53,408 bases of DNA from an uncultured Lentisphaeraceae bacterium. Its GTDB lineage: Bacteria; Verrucomicrobiota; Lentisphaeria; Oligosphaerales; Oligosphaeraceae. Below, one piece after another: positions 27,981 through 35,917 of this stretch (position 1 is the stretch's first letter; every line of letters starts with the position of its first letter). Where the stretch lies: positions 1 to 53,408 of the forward strand of contig CAYOUR010000002.1 in assembly GCA_964407145.1 (NCBI GenBank), read 5' to 3'. A program made the translations under genes and the position numbers. Under the pieces are notes generated by a model, which was not told the origin of the DNA, did not search any database, and worked only from the letters and a program-made list of their open reading frames with translations.

Positions 27981-28192
27981 CGGGTGTTCTCCCGGAAGGA
28001 ACGGGCGGTCGGGTGTCCGCAGGCGGCGAGGTATTGGCAGCCGCGGCAGACGCCTGATCCGCGGCAGCGGTCGTGGCCTGGGGCCGTCGCGGTCTGGCTG
28101 GCCGGCCGGCGGCTGGAACGGAAGACGAGCCGGGCCAGGACGGCGAACAGGGCCAGGCGCATGGCCAGGGCGATGAATTGGCGTCGTGTCAT
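27977..28192 (-). CDS. Small Tat-signal cysteine-rich protein (71 aa)
   Basis: MTRRQFIALAMRLALFAVLA is twin-arginine-like, followed by CRGSGVCRGCQYLAAC (Cx5Cx2Cx6C). The stop overlaps the next start as ATGA. There is no SD and the ORF is short, so confidence is moderate. Confidence 0.45.
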   Translation of the reverse strand: MTRRQFIALAMRLALFAVLARLVFRSSRRPASQTATAPGHDRCRGSGVCRGCQYLAACGHPTARSFRENTR

Positions 28193-28272
28193 GGTTGTTG
28201 TGGGGCTGGGGCTGCGGTGGCGATTGCGGGCGACAGGTGGTGACCGGCGTCGTCGACCGGTGCCGGTGGGGG

Positions 28273-28938
28273 TCAGTCTCCGGGGTCCGGCACGGTCCAG
28301 ACGCGTTGCCGCTGCCGGTCGATAATATAGGCGGCGTCGGGGACATGGATGAGCCCGTAGTCGAATTCGGACGGGGGCAGGTCGTCGGTGATGACGCTGA
28401 CTTCATTGCCGGCCGGATCGAACAGGCGCGCCTGGCGGGTTCCTTTCTCCATGGTGACGAAGCGTCCATGGCGGAGGGCGGCGAAGCGGACGGGGTTGCA
28501 GCAGCCGCGGAAGGGCTCCTGCGGTTGCCAGGCGGCAAGGAAGCGGCCGGTCCGCGGGTCAAGCTGTTCCAGACGTTTGCGGCCGACGTTGGCGACCCAG
28601 AGGTTGCCCTCGGGGGACAGATCCAGGGGGAAGGCGTCCCCGGGGACGATGAAGCGGTCCTGGCCCGAGGATTCCCAGGCGGTTTCCCCGGTGGCGACCG
28701 AGGTGGCCTTGACCAGGAAACGTTCGCGGTCGACGCTGAAGGCGAGGCCGTGGAGGTGCAGCGGCTGCGGTTCCGGAAGGGCGGCCAGCTCGCCATTGCC
28801 GGCGGCGGCGGCATTGGCCAGGGCCGGGTCCTGCTCCGGCGGCGCTGGCGGGCTGAGACGGAACATCATGATGGCCGAGCCCAGCAGGATGAGCAGGCCA
28901 AGCACCAGCAGCGCGAATGGGACGGGAGAGAGTCTCAT
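28273..28938 (-). CDS. Membrane-anchored NHL-repeat-like protein (221 aa)
   Basis: N-terminal TM FALLVLGLLILLGSAIMMF. NLWVANVGRKRLEQLDPRTGRF is an NHL-type blade. The start overlaps the upstream stop as ATGA. Confidence 0.6.
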   Translation of the reverse strand: MRLSPVPFALLVLGLLILLGSAIMMFRLSPPAPPEQDPALANAAAAGNGELAALPEPQPLHLHGLAFSVDRERFLVKATSVATGETAWESSGQDRFIVPGDAFPLDLSPEGNLWVANVGRKRLEQLDPRTGRFLAAWQPQEPFRGCCNPVRFAALRHGRFVTMEKGTRQARLFDPAGNEVSVITDDLPPSEFDYGLIHVPDAAYIIDRQRQRVWTVPDPGD

Positions 28939-30374
28939 GGTTGCGTCCTTTTCAGTTCCAGGCAGGCCATGGAGGTGGAGTCGCGCACGATCATCAGCCC
29001 GTCCGCCAGGGCGATTGGTCCCCAGGAATCGACGCCGGGGAGGACTCGGGCGGCGGCGAGGCGGGTGAAGGTGTGGTTGTCGTAGGCCAGGACGGACAGG
29101 TGGCCGTCGTCGTCCAATATCCAGAATTTGTCATCGGCCAGGAGGAACGGTCCGAGGCCGAAGCGCAGGTCGCGTCCTGACGCGGCGACGATGTCAGGCA
29201 GGTGTTCGGGGTCGGCGGCGACGAGTTGGGCGCGGCGGGCGCCGGCGTCCTTGGGCTGGATGGTGAAGAGGAGGCCATGGTGGAAGATCGGGGTTTGCTG
29301 TTCGGCGGCGGGCGCCAGGGTGGGTTTCCATTTGCCCAGCAGAGCTGTCTGCCAGCCGGCCGGGCCGCGTTCGACCTGCAGCAGGGCGGAGCCCATGCCG
29401 TAGCCGGCGGTCAGGAACAGCCGGTTGTGAGCGACCTGGACCGGCGAGGGCGCCCAGACGGGCGGCAGCCATTCGCGCGAGCTCCAGAGCAGCTCGCCGT
29501 CGGGCGACACGCCGATGATGCCGCCGAGGCCGGCGTACACATAGTGTTTTTCGCCGGCCAGGGTGGCGATGATGACGGAGCTGTGGGACATTTTCAGGCC
29601 GGGGGCATTGGGCAAACTCCAGATTGGTTCGCCGGTTTTGAGGTCGAGGGCGAGGAGCAGGGTGTTGGCGCCGGCGGGCGCGAGGATGACCCGGTCGCCG
29701 TCGATGAGCGGGCATTGACCGGCGTACCATTGCGGGGGTTCGGCGCCGTCCTGTCCGACCAGGTCACGCGTCCAGAGCAGGTCGCCGGTGATGGCCTGGG
29801 CAGCCATGACATGGGCCAGGGGCCCCAGGGTGACGACGGTGTCGTCGGCGACGGCCGGCACGGTCCGGGACTTGCCGTGGTTGCGGCGGATTTCATTGCG
29901 GTAGGACCGTCGCCACAGTTCGCGGCCGTCCTCCAGGGCAAAGCAGCGCAGGGCGTCTTCCTCCTCCTGCTCCAGGTAATCCAGGATGTAGACGCGCTGG
30001 CGGGCGATGACGGGTGCGGCATAGCCTTCGCCGAGTGGGATGCGCCAGCGGACCGGCGGGCCGTCCGCCGGCCAGTCGTGGTTCAGCGGCGGGGCGGTGG
30101 CGGCGGCGGCGATGTTGTCGCGGTTTGGGCCGCGGAAGCCTGGCCAGGGATAGTCCTGGTCGCCGGAGTCAGGGTCGTCCGGCGAAAAGCGTTGGAAGGA
30201 TTCGCCGATGATGACGGTTTTCGCCGCGGCAGTGCGGCTGTCGGCGCCGTCCATGCCCGGCAGGGCGATGGTGATGTCCCGCTGCGGGGTGACGGTGGCG
30301 AAGACGACGATGCCGGCGGCGGCGGCGGCCAGGCAGAGGCAGGTGAACAAGGTGATGATCAGGCGGTCAGGCAT
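28935..30374 (-). CDS. PQQ-like (BamB-type) beta-propeller repeat protein, N-terminal membrane anchor
   Basis: TM LIITLFTCLCLAAAAAGIVVF, then YPWPGFRGPNRDN...GEGYAAPVIARQRVYILD. The track start at 30401 is TTG; ATG at 30374 is chosen. Confidence 0.8.
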   Translation of the reverse strand: MPDRLIITLFTCLCLAAAAAGIVVFATVTPQRDITIALPGMDGADSRTAAAKTVIIGESFQRFSPDDPDSGDQDYPWPGFRGPNRDNIAAAATAPPLNHDWPADGPPVRWRIPLGEGYAAPVIARQRVYILDYLEQEEEDALRCFALEDGRELWRRSYRNEIRRNHGKSRTVPAVADDTVVTLGPLAHVMAAQAITGDLLWTRDLVGQDGAEPPQWYAGQCPLIDGDRVILAPAGANTLLLALDLKTGEPIWSLPNAPGLKMSHSSVIIATLAGEKHYVYAGLGGIIGVSPDGELLWSSREWLPPVWAPSPVQVAHNRLFLTAGYGMGSALLQVERGPAGWQTALLGKWKPTLAPAAEQQTPIFHHGLLFTIQPKDAGARRAQLVAADPEHLPDIVAASGRDLRFGLGPFLLADDKFWILDDDGHLSVLAYDNHTFTRLAAARVLPGVDSWGPIALADGLMIVRDSTSMACLELKRTQP

Positions 30375-30434
30375 GGGGGATGTGCTGTCGATGTCGGTCA
30401 ATCCGGTTGGGTTTCATTGGCTGGGGTGGTTCAG

Positions 30435-32237
30435 TTATGCGTGGCCGTGGTCTGGAGGCGGTTTGGTTCCGGTCTGATCGGGCGCCGGCGCCGGCGCCGG
30501 CAGGTGCTGGTATTGGCCGGCGGCCAGGAAGGCCCTGGTAATGAAGATTCGCGGGTAGAGCTGTTCGGAATACCACAGCTGGGAGAAATATAATCCGACC
30601 GGTTCCGGGGGCAAGTCATCGAGGTTTTCCGGGGCGGTGCGGAGGAAGTCGAGGCCGCGCTGGATGGCCTGGCGGGTGTCGGCGCCGGTGTCGTGGCCGG
30701 TCGCCAGGGCGGCGATGGCCCTGGCCGTGAAGATGAATCGCGGCGTGGCTCCGGGGCGGTCATCGGCGCCCCAGGCGCCGGAGGGCTGCTGGGCAGCCAG
30801 CAGATAGTCGCGGGCCTTGGCGCACCATGGCGTCGCCAGGCCGCAGAGGTTTTCCAGGACGACGGCGGTGCCGTAGACCGGGGCCAGGCCGTCAGGGGCG
30901 AGCTGGTCGCCGAACCAGAGCGGCAGGAAGGCGCCGTCGGCCCGCTGGTTGCGGGACAGGAAGTCGAGGATGCGTTTTTGGCAGCGTTCGGCCGCGTGTC
31001 GCCAATCGGGCTGGAGGGCATGGCGCCAGAGGTCAAGGGCGTGGTAGGCGTGGGCGGAGAGGTCGGGGCAGCTGCGGTCAAAGGGAAGCTTCCCCCAGCC
31101 GCGGCAGAAGGTGGGGATACCCCCGTCGCGGTTTTGCAGGTTGATGAGCCAGGCACAGCCGTCGGCGATTTCTGGTGTCAGGCGGTCGGGCTGGAGGGCG
31201 TGGAGGGCGACCAGGGCCGCGGCCGTGTCATCGGCGTCCGGGACCGCGCCGGACTGATGTGTCCAGGCCCAGCCGCCGGGTGCGGCGCCGGTGAATGGAT
31301 GGACGGCGGCGAACTGCCGTTGCCGGATGATGTCGGCGAGGTCTTCGCGTTCGGCGGCGGTCATGGCCGGCGCTGCCGCCTTGGCGGCCAGGGCGGTGCA
31401 CCATTGTGCCAGGCTGGTGTCGATTGGCCAGGCGCCGTCAGGCCGGACCGTGGTGGTGAGGAACCGCTCCGCGGCCAGGGCGACCGGATGGGCGCGAAGG
31501 TTGGCGGCCGACAGGCAGATGAGGCAGAAGGCGGTGAGCGGCGCGGCCTCCAGAAAGCCCCCGGAGGGCGGTTGCAGTCTGGTGAGCAGGCGGAGCACGG
31601 CGGGGATCAGACGGCGCCGGAGGCGGGCAGGCAGGCCTGGCCGGGCATGAGTGGCCTGGGCGACGCCGATGGCGATCAGGGCGGGGAGGGCGTAGCTGAC
31701 CACGCGCAGATTGAGGAAACGGAAACAGGCCCGCGGCAGCAGCGCCAGTTCAAACGGCAGCTGGGGCATCCGGCTCCAGGGGTGGTCGTCGTCGTGAAGC
31801 AGGTCTGAGGCTGTGCATAGTGCCAGGATCGGCACGGAGAAGGTCAGATCCTGGCCATATTTTTCCAGGATGGCAGCGCGGATGGCGGCGGGCGAGAAGC
31901 CGCCAAGTCTGGCGGTCAGGTACGCCCGGGCGCGGGTTGCGGCCGGGGAATCGGCGTCGGCATGGGCCAGGGCGGCGTAGCCCAGCAGGCTGGCGGTGAG
32001 ATTGGGCGGGGATTCCGGGGTGTCGCCCCAGGCGCCGTCGGCCAGTTGGGTGTCGGCCAGCCATTGGCAGGCGGCGGCAATGGTCTTGGCGTGCCGGTCC
32101 GGGGCGGCCAGGGCCAGGCTGATGGCGGCCGTCGCCGTGGAGACGGCTGAAGGTGCGAGGTGGCCTGACCAGTCCCCTGACGGGAGGCGACGGCGCAGCA
32201 GTTCGGTGCTCAGGCGTTGATAATCGTGGCAGGTCAT
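30435..32237 (-). CDS. Squalene-hopene-cyclase-like class II terpene cyclase (600 aa)
   Basis: DADDTAAALVAL matches the DxDDTA catalytic motif. QW-type repeats present (QLADGAWG, QNRDGGIP, QQPSGAWG). The C-terminal GLYFSQLWYSEQLYPRIF resembles the SHC C-terminus. Confidence 0.8.
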   Translation of the reverse strand: MTCHDYQRLSTELLRRRLPSGDWSGHLAPSAVSTATAAISLALAAPDRHAKTIAAACQWLADTQLADGAWGDTPESPPNLTASLLGYAALAHADADSPAATRARAYLTARLGGFSPAAIRAAILEKYGQDLTFSVPILALCTASDLLHDDDHPWSRMPQLPFELALLPRACFRFLNLRVVSYALPALIAIGVAQATHARPGLPARLRRRLIPAVLRLLTRLQPPSGGFLEAAPLTAFCLICLSAANLRAHPVALAAERFLTTTVRPDGAWPIDTSLAQWCTALAAKAAAPAMTAAEREDLADIIRQRQFAAVHPFTGAAPGGWAWTHQSGAVPDADDTAAALVALHALQPDRLTPEIADGCAWLINLQNRDGGIPTFCRGWGKLPFDRSCPDLSAHAYHALDLWRHALQPDWRHAAERCQKRILDFLSRNQRADGAFLPLWFGDQLAPDGLAPVYGTAVVLENLCGLATPWCAKARDYLLAAQQPSGAWGADDRPGATPRFIFTARAIAALATGHDTGADTRQAIQRGLDFLRTAPENLDDLPPEPVGLYFSQLWYSEQLYPRIFITRAFLAAGQYQHLPAPAPAPDQTGTKPPPDHGHA

Positions 32238-33163
32238 GAGGTCAATCCCATGGCCACCAGGCCGTAGGCGGTATATTCCAGGTCGGGCGTGTCGTCGCCG
32301 GGGAAGGCGCCGAAACCGCCGGCGTCGGTGATGGTCTGACGGAGAAAAGGCTTGAGGGAAAACGGCGCGGGTCGCCCGCAGCAGTGCAGGGCCAGGCTGG
32401 CCGTGGCGGTCGAGAGCAGGTCCGGGCCGGGCGCCATTGGCGTGGCCGGGAAGCCGCCGGTCTGAGTCTGGAGGGTGGCGAGGCGTTCCAGGTCGGGGCG
32501 GAGCGCGTCGGGCCTGGGACGGCCGTCATTGAGCAGCATGAGTGCGGCGGCGGTGGCGTTGACGGCCGGAGTTGAGTCGCCGGGCAGGTTGGCGAACAGG
32601 CCGTCGGTCAGGCGGTACTGCTCCAGGCGTTGGGGCGTGAAGTCCAGGCCCAGGTCGCCGGCCAGGGACCAGCGCAGGAGCTGCGAGTAGGGCGACCATG
32701 GGTCGTGGTGGGGGAAGCGTGCGGCGCCAACGCCGGCGTCGGCGCCGGCGTCGGCATTCAGGTCATCCCAGGCTTCGCGCAGGTCTGGCCGGAGCGGTGG
32801 CGTCAGCCGGCGGCGCCGGATGATGGCGGCGAAGCGGGCGATGGCCGGCTGGCGGAGATACAGAAGCAGGGCGTGTGAGCGGGTAAGGCAGGCGAGGTGG
32901 ACCAGGTCCAGGGAGTTCGGGGCAAAGCCGCGCAGGTAGGTTTCCTGTGCCGGCAGGTCGAGGCGGAGGCCGGCGGCAGCGGCGATCAGCAGCCCGAACA
33001 TGGTGTAGTAGAGGTCGGCATTGCCGTGCCGGTCGGCGAATCCGCCGGCGGGCGCCAGCCGCGAGCGCACGAAGTCGAGCAGGCGCGCCGCCGTGTCCGG
33101 GTGGCATTTTTGCCAGCCGGCGCGGATGGTGCGGAACATGATGATGGAAAGCGGAGTCGGCAT
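32234..33163 (-). CDS. Prenyltransferase/squalene oxidase repeat protein (single alpha-alpha toroid, 309 aa)
   Basis: Repeated xxGGF motifs (APAGGFADRHG, QTGGFPATP, DAGGFGAFPG) resemble protein-prenyltransferase beta / terpene cyclase repeats. ATGA overlap with the cyclase gene. Confidence 0.7.
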   Translation of the reverse strand: MPTPLSIIMFRTIRAGWQKCHPDTAARLLDFVRSRLAPAGGFADRHGNADLYYTMFGLLIAAAAGLRLDLPAQETYLRGFAPNSLDLVHLACLTRSHALLLYLRQPAIARFAAIIRRRRLTPPLRPDLREAWDDLNADAGADAGVGAARFPHHDPWSPYSQLLRWSLAGDLGLDFTPQRLEQYRLTDGLFANLPGDSTPAVNATAAALMLLNDGRPRPDALRPDLERLATLQTQTGGFPATPMAPGPDLLSTATASLALHCCGRPAPFSLKPFLRQTITDAGGFGAFPGDDTPDLEYTAYGLVAMGLTS

Positions 33164-33195
33164 GTGTGGGGGCTATTTCGGTCCGGCGCCGCCGG

Positions 33196-34728
33196 TCATT
33201 TTTCCGGCAGGATTTTTTCCGTGATTCGGCAGAGGAGGATTTTCAGCTGGATGTTGCTGACGCCGTCGATGGCCTGGAAGGCCTGTTGTCGGAAGTCGCG
33301 ATACAGTTGCGTCACCGCCGCCGCGGCCTCTGTCCGGGAGACGCGGTTGGCGTGGCCATGGAGGGTGACCAGGGAGGCCGGGTCGTCGTCCTCGAGGTCG
33401 TCCAGGAGCTGGTAGGCGACGCCCATGGCGTCGGACAGTTCGAGCAGGGCCTGTCGGTGGCGATCGGCCTGGCCGGCGGCGATGGCGCCGAGGAGGAAGG
33501 CGACGCGGAAGGCCGGCGCTGTTTTGAGTCGGAAGGTGGCCATGACGGTGTCGAGGCCGGGGTGACCGGTGTGCAGTTCGAATTCGCGGGCCTGTCCGAG
33601 GGCGAGCTGGCAGTGGCCGTCCGCGGCGGCCGCGACCAGTTCGGCCTGGATGGTTGCCGGGACCGGCGCCGACGCCAGCAGCCGGTAGCCTTCACCGACC
33701 AGGTAGTCGCCGACATTGATGGCGACGGGTACGCCGAGCTGGTGGTGGAGCGTCTCCTCGCCGTAGCGGAAATCGTCATCGTCTTCAATGTCGTCGTGGA
33801 TCAGTGACGCTTTGTGGAAACATTCGACGGCGATGGCGATGCGGTCGACCCAGTCCGGGATTTCCGGCGCTTCGGTCAGTGCCAGGTAGACGAGGGTGGT
33901 CAGCAGGGGCCGGTAGTGCTTGCCGTGCCGGGAGAGGGCGCTGACGGCGGCGGCGTTGAAGCGGCCCAGGTCGTGGTGCCGGGTGCAGGCCAGGCAACGG
34001 CGCAGGGCGTCGTCCTGGAACAGGGCGGCGAGGTGGTTTTTGACCTCGGGCAACGGTGGTGTGAGAACCGGGTTTTCTTCGGGGATGGCGAGGGCGTAGA
34101 GCAGTTCATCCTGGTCGAATTCGGTGTTTCGGCAGCCGTCGCGGTTGAGTGGAATGGCGTATCCCGGCACGGCGTGTCGGTCCATGGCCGGGAAGGTCCT
34201 GGTCAGGGCATCGAGGCAGGACACGCCGATGACGGCCTGGATTTCCCCGGCCTCGACCCAGGCGGCGACGCGGGACGACGATTCCGCGACGAGCGTGGCC
34301 ATGCCGAGGCGTTCGGCCTGTTCCCGCCAGGCGGCGACCGGGCATCGTCCGCAGCCGGCGCAGAGCAGTCCCAGGTCGTCGAATTCGGCCTGGCAGTGTT
34401 CATGGTCGCGGATGCAGACGGGCAGGAGCAGCAGCCGTCGTTCGCGGGGGATGCGGCGGATGGCTTTTTCCCAGATGACGTTGCTGATGCAGACGACGCA
34501 CCAGTCACGCCAGGCTTCCGGCAGGGCGTTGTCGGCGAGGAAGCCGGTGGCGAGGCGAATCAGGCGTGGCAGCGGCACGGGCGGCCGGAGCGCCAGGCCG
34601 CTGACGCGGATCCGGAGACGGGCCCGCAGGTCGCGGCGCAGCTCCGGCGTTTCGGGCACGCACGGTGTGCTTGCGCCGCCGGTCGCGGTGTTTTCCGGCG
34701 CTGCCGGGGTGGTGTTGAGGTCAGCCAT
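33196..34728 (-). CDS. DUF116-like Cys-rich domain fused to trans-polyprenyl diphosphate synthase (510 aa)
   Basis: N-terminal LLLLPVCIRDHEHCQA...CAGCGRCPV...VIGVSCLDAL is DUF116-like. C-terminal LIHDDIEDDDDFRYG (FARM DDxxD) and YQLLDDLEDDD (SARM). The start is moved to MADLNTT at 34728 and overlaps the upstream stop by 8 nt. Confidence 0.8.
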   Translation of the reverse strand: MADLNTTPAAPENTATGGASTPCVPETPELRRDLRARLRIRVSGLALRPPVPLPRLIRLATGFLADNALPEAWRDWCVVCISNVIWEKAIRRIPRERRLLLLPVCIRDHEHCQAEFDDLGLLCAGCGRCPVAAWREQAERLGMATLVAESSSRVAAWVEAGEIQAVIGVSCLDALTRTFPAMDRHAVPGYAIPLNRDGCRNTEFDQDELLYALAIPEENPVLTPPLPEVKNHLAALFQDDALRRCLACTRHHDLGRFNAAAVSALSRHGKHYRPLLTTLVYLALTEAPEIPDWVDRIAIAVECFHKASLIHDDIEDDDDFRYGEETLHHQLGVPVAINVGDYLVGEGYRLLASAPVPATIQAELVAAAADGHCQLALGQAREFELHTGHPGLDTVMATFRLKTAPAFRVAFLLGAIAAGQADRHRQALLELSDAMGVAYQLLDDLEDDDPASLVTLHGHANRVSRTEAAAAVTQLYRDFRQQAFQAIDGVSNIQLKILLCRITEKILPEK

Positions 34729-35917
34729 AGGCGCCAAATCCGCAGAAGTAGTATTTTTTGGCCAGTCGGTAGGCCCAGGATTTTTCCGGGATGACGCCTT
34801 CGGGGTCATGATGTCCCGGCAGGATGGAAGCCCGGTCGAGTTCGGCGAGGGCATCGCGGTTGGAGGAGTCGATGGGGTGGTGTCGGCGCAGGAATGCGGC
34901 CAGTGCGGCGGGGTCTTCGAGGAGGATGCAGCCGCGGGACCGTTCGGCGGTGAAGGCCCGCAGCGCCGGCAGGAAGTCGTCCTGCTGCAGGATGGCCTGG
35001 AGGTTGTCGGCGGCTGGGTTGAGACGGCTGGAGCAGAACTGGAGCGGCGGGCAGAATTCGACGGCGCCGGACGGCGCGATGTGGTGCGAGAGTCCGGTTG
35101 CGCCCGGGCAGAGGGCGTTGCCCTGGTGGTCCCAGTAGGCGTCGATGATGAGCAGTTTGGCGGTGCGGCGTTGGTCAACCACGAATTGCCGCAGCTGGCG
35201 AATCTGTTCGCGGCTGAGGGCGTTTTCGGGTTCCGGGTGGGCGCCGGCTGGCCGGTAGATATAGTACCAGAGGTAGTGCACGCCCTTGCCGGTGAGCAGG
35301 TCGAGATAGTCCTTTGACACCAGCTCGGGGAAGTTCTGGCGGGTGATGCTGGCGGCCACGCCGGTGAACAGCTTTGCCTGGACCGCGGTCTCAAGGGCCT
35401 GGAGGGCGCGTTGGAAGACGTCGTCGCGGCCGCGTCGCCGGGCTGATTCATCCTGCAGTCCTTCGATGCTGATCAGAGGCGTCACGTTGCCGAGTCTGGC
35501 CAGCCGGCCGGCAAAGTCCGGGGTGAGGGCCAGGCCGTTGGTGAACAGCTGGAAGTAGCTTTTCGGGTGGGCGGCGAAGAAGTCGAGCAAGTCGTGGTGC
35601 AGGAGCGGTTCGCCGCCCAGGATGCCGAAGAAGAAGGACCGGTGCTGATTGGCCTGTTTGACCAGGGCGTCGAGCTGTGTTCGCGAAAGCTGCTGCGAAG
35701 GACTGGTCTGCTGCACCCAGCAGCCGCGGCACTGCAGCTGACACTGATTGGTGATGGACAGCATCAGGAAGGCCGGAAAGAACGGCTCGCCATTCCGGAG
35801 GCGCTTTTCAAAGGCTCGGACGGCGCCGGCGCCGCGCCAGGCGAAGTTGATGGCGAGGGAGCGCAGCACCGGCCAGGAGCAGCCGCGGGCAATGCGGCAC
35901 AGGGCGACGGGATTCAT
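34721..35917 (-). CDS. Radical SAM protein (398 aa) with short Cys-containing C-terminal (twitch/SPASM-like) region
   Basis: LMLSITNQCQLQCRGCW carries CX3CX2C. GILGGEPLL. C-terminal ALCPGATGLSHHIAPSGAVEFCPPLQFC. The start is moved to MNPVALC at 35917, an ATGA overlap with the ferredoxin gene. Confidence 0.85.
   Translation of the reverse strand: MNPVALCRIARGCSWPVLRSLAINFAWRGAGAVRAFEKRLRNGEPFFPAFLMLSITNQCQLQCRGCWVQQTSPSQQLSRTQLDALVKQANQHRSFFFGILGGEPLLHHDLLDFFAAHPKSYFQLFTNGLALTPDFAGRLARLGNVTPLISIEGLQDESARRRGRDDVFQRALQALETAVQAKLFTGVAASITRQNFPELVSKDYLDLLTGKGVHYLWYYIYRPAGAHPEPENALSREQIRQLRQFVVDQRRTAKLLIIDAYWDHQGNALCPGATGLSHHIAPSGAVEFCPPLQFCSSRLNPAADNLQAILQQDDFLPALRAFTAERSRGCILLEDPAALAAFLRRHHPIDSSNRDALAELDRASILPGHHDPEGVIPEKSWAYRLAKKYYFCGFGAYG

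Noticed and set aside
34721-35917. Radical SAM gene as the anaerobic sulfatase-maturating enzyme (anSME) for the two Cys-type sulfatases
   Set aside because: The C-terminus has only about 3 Cys rather than the multi-Cys SPASM pattern of anSMEs. The gene is translationally coupled within the terpenoid operon and lies more than 11 kb from the sulfatases.
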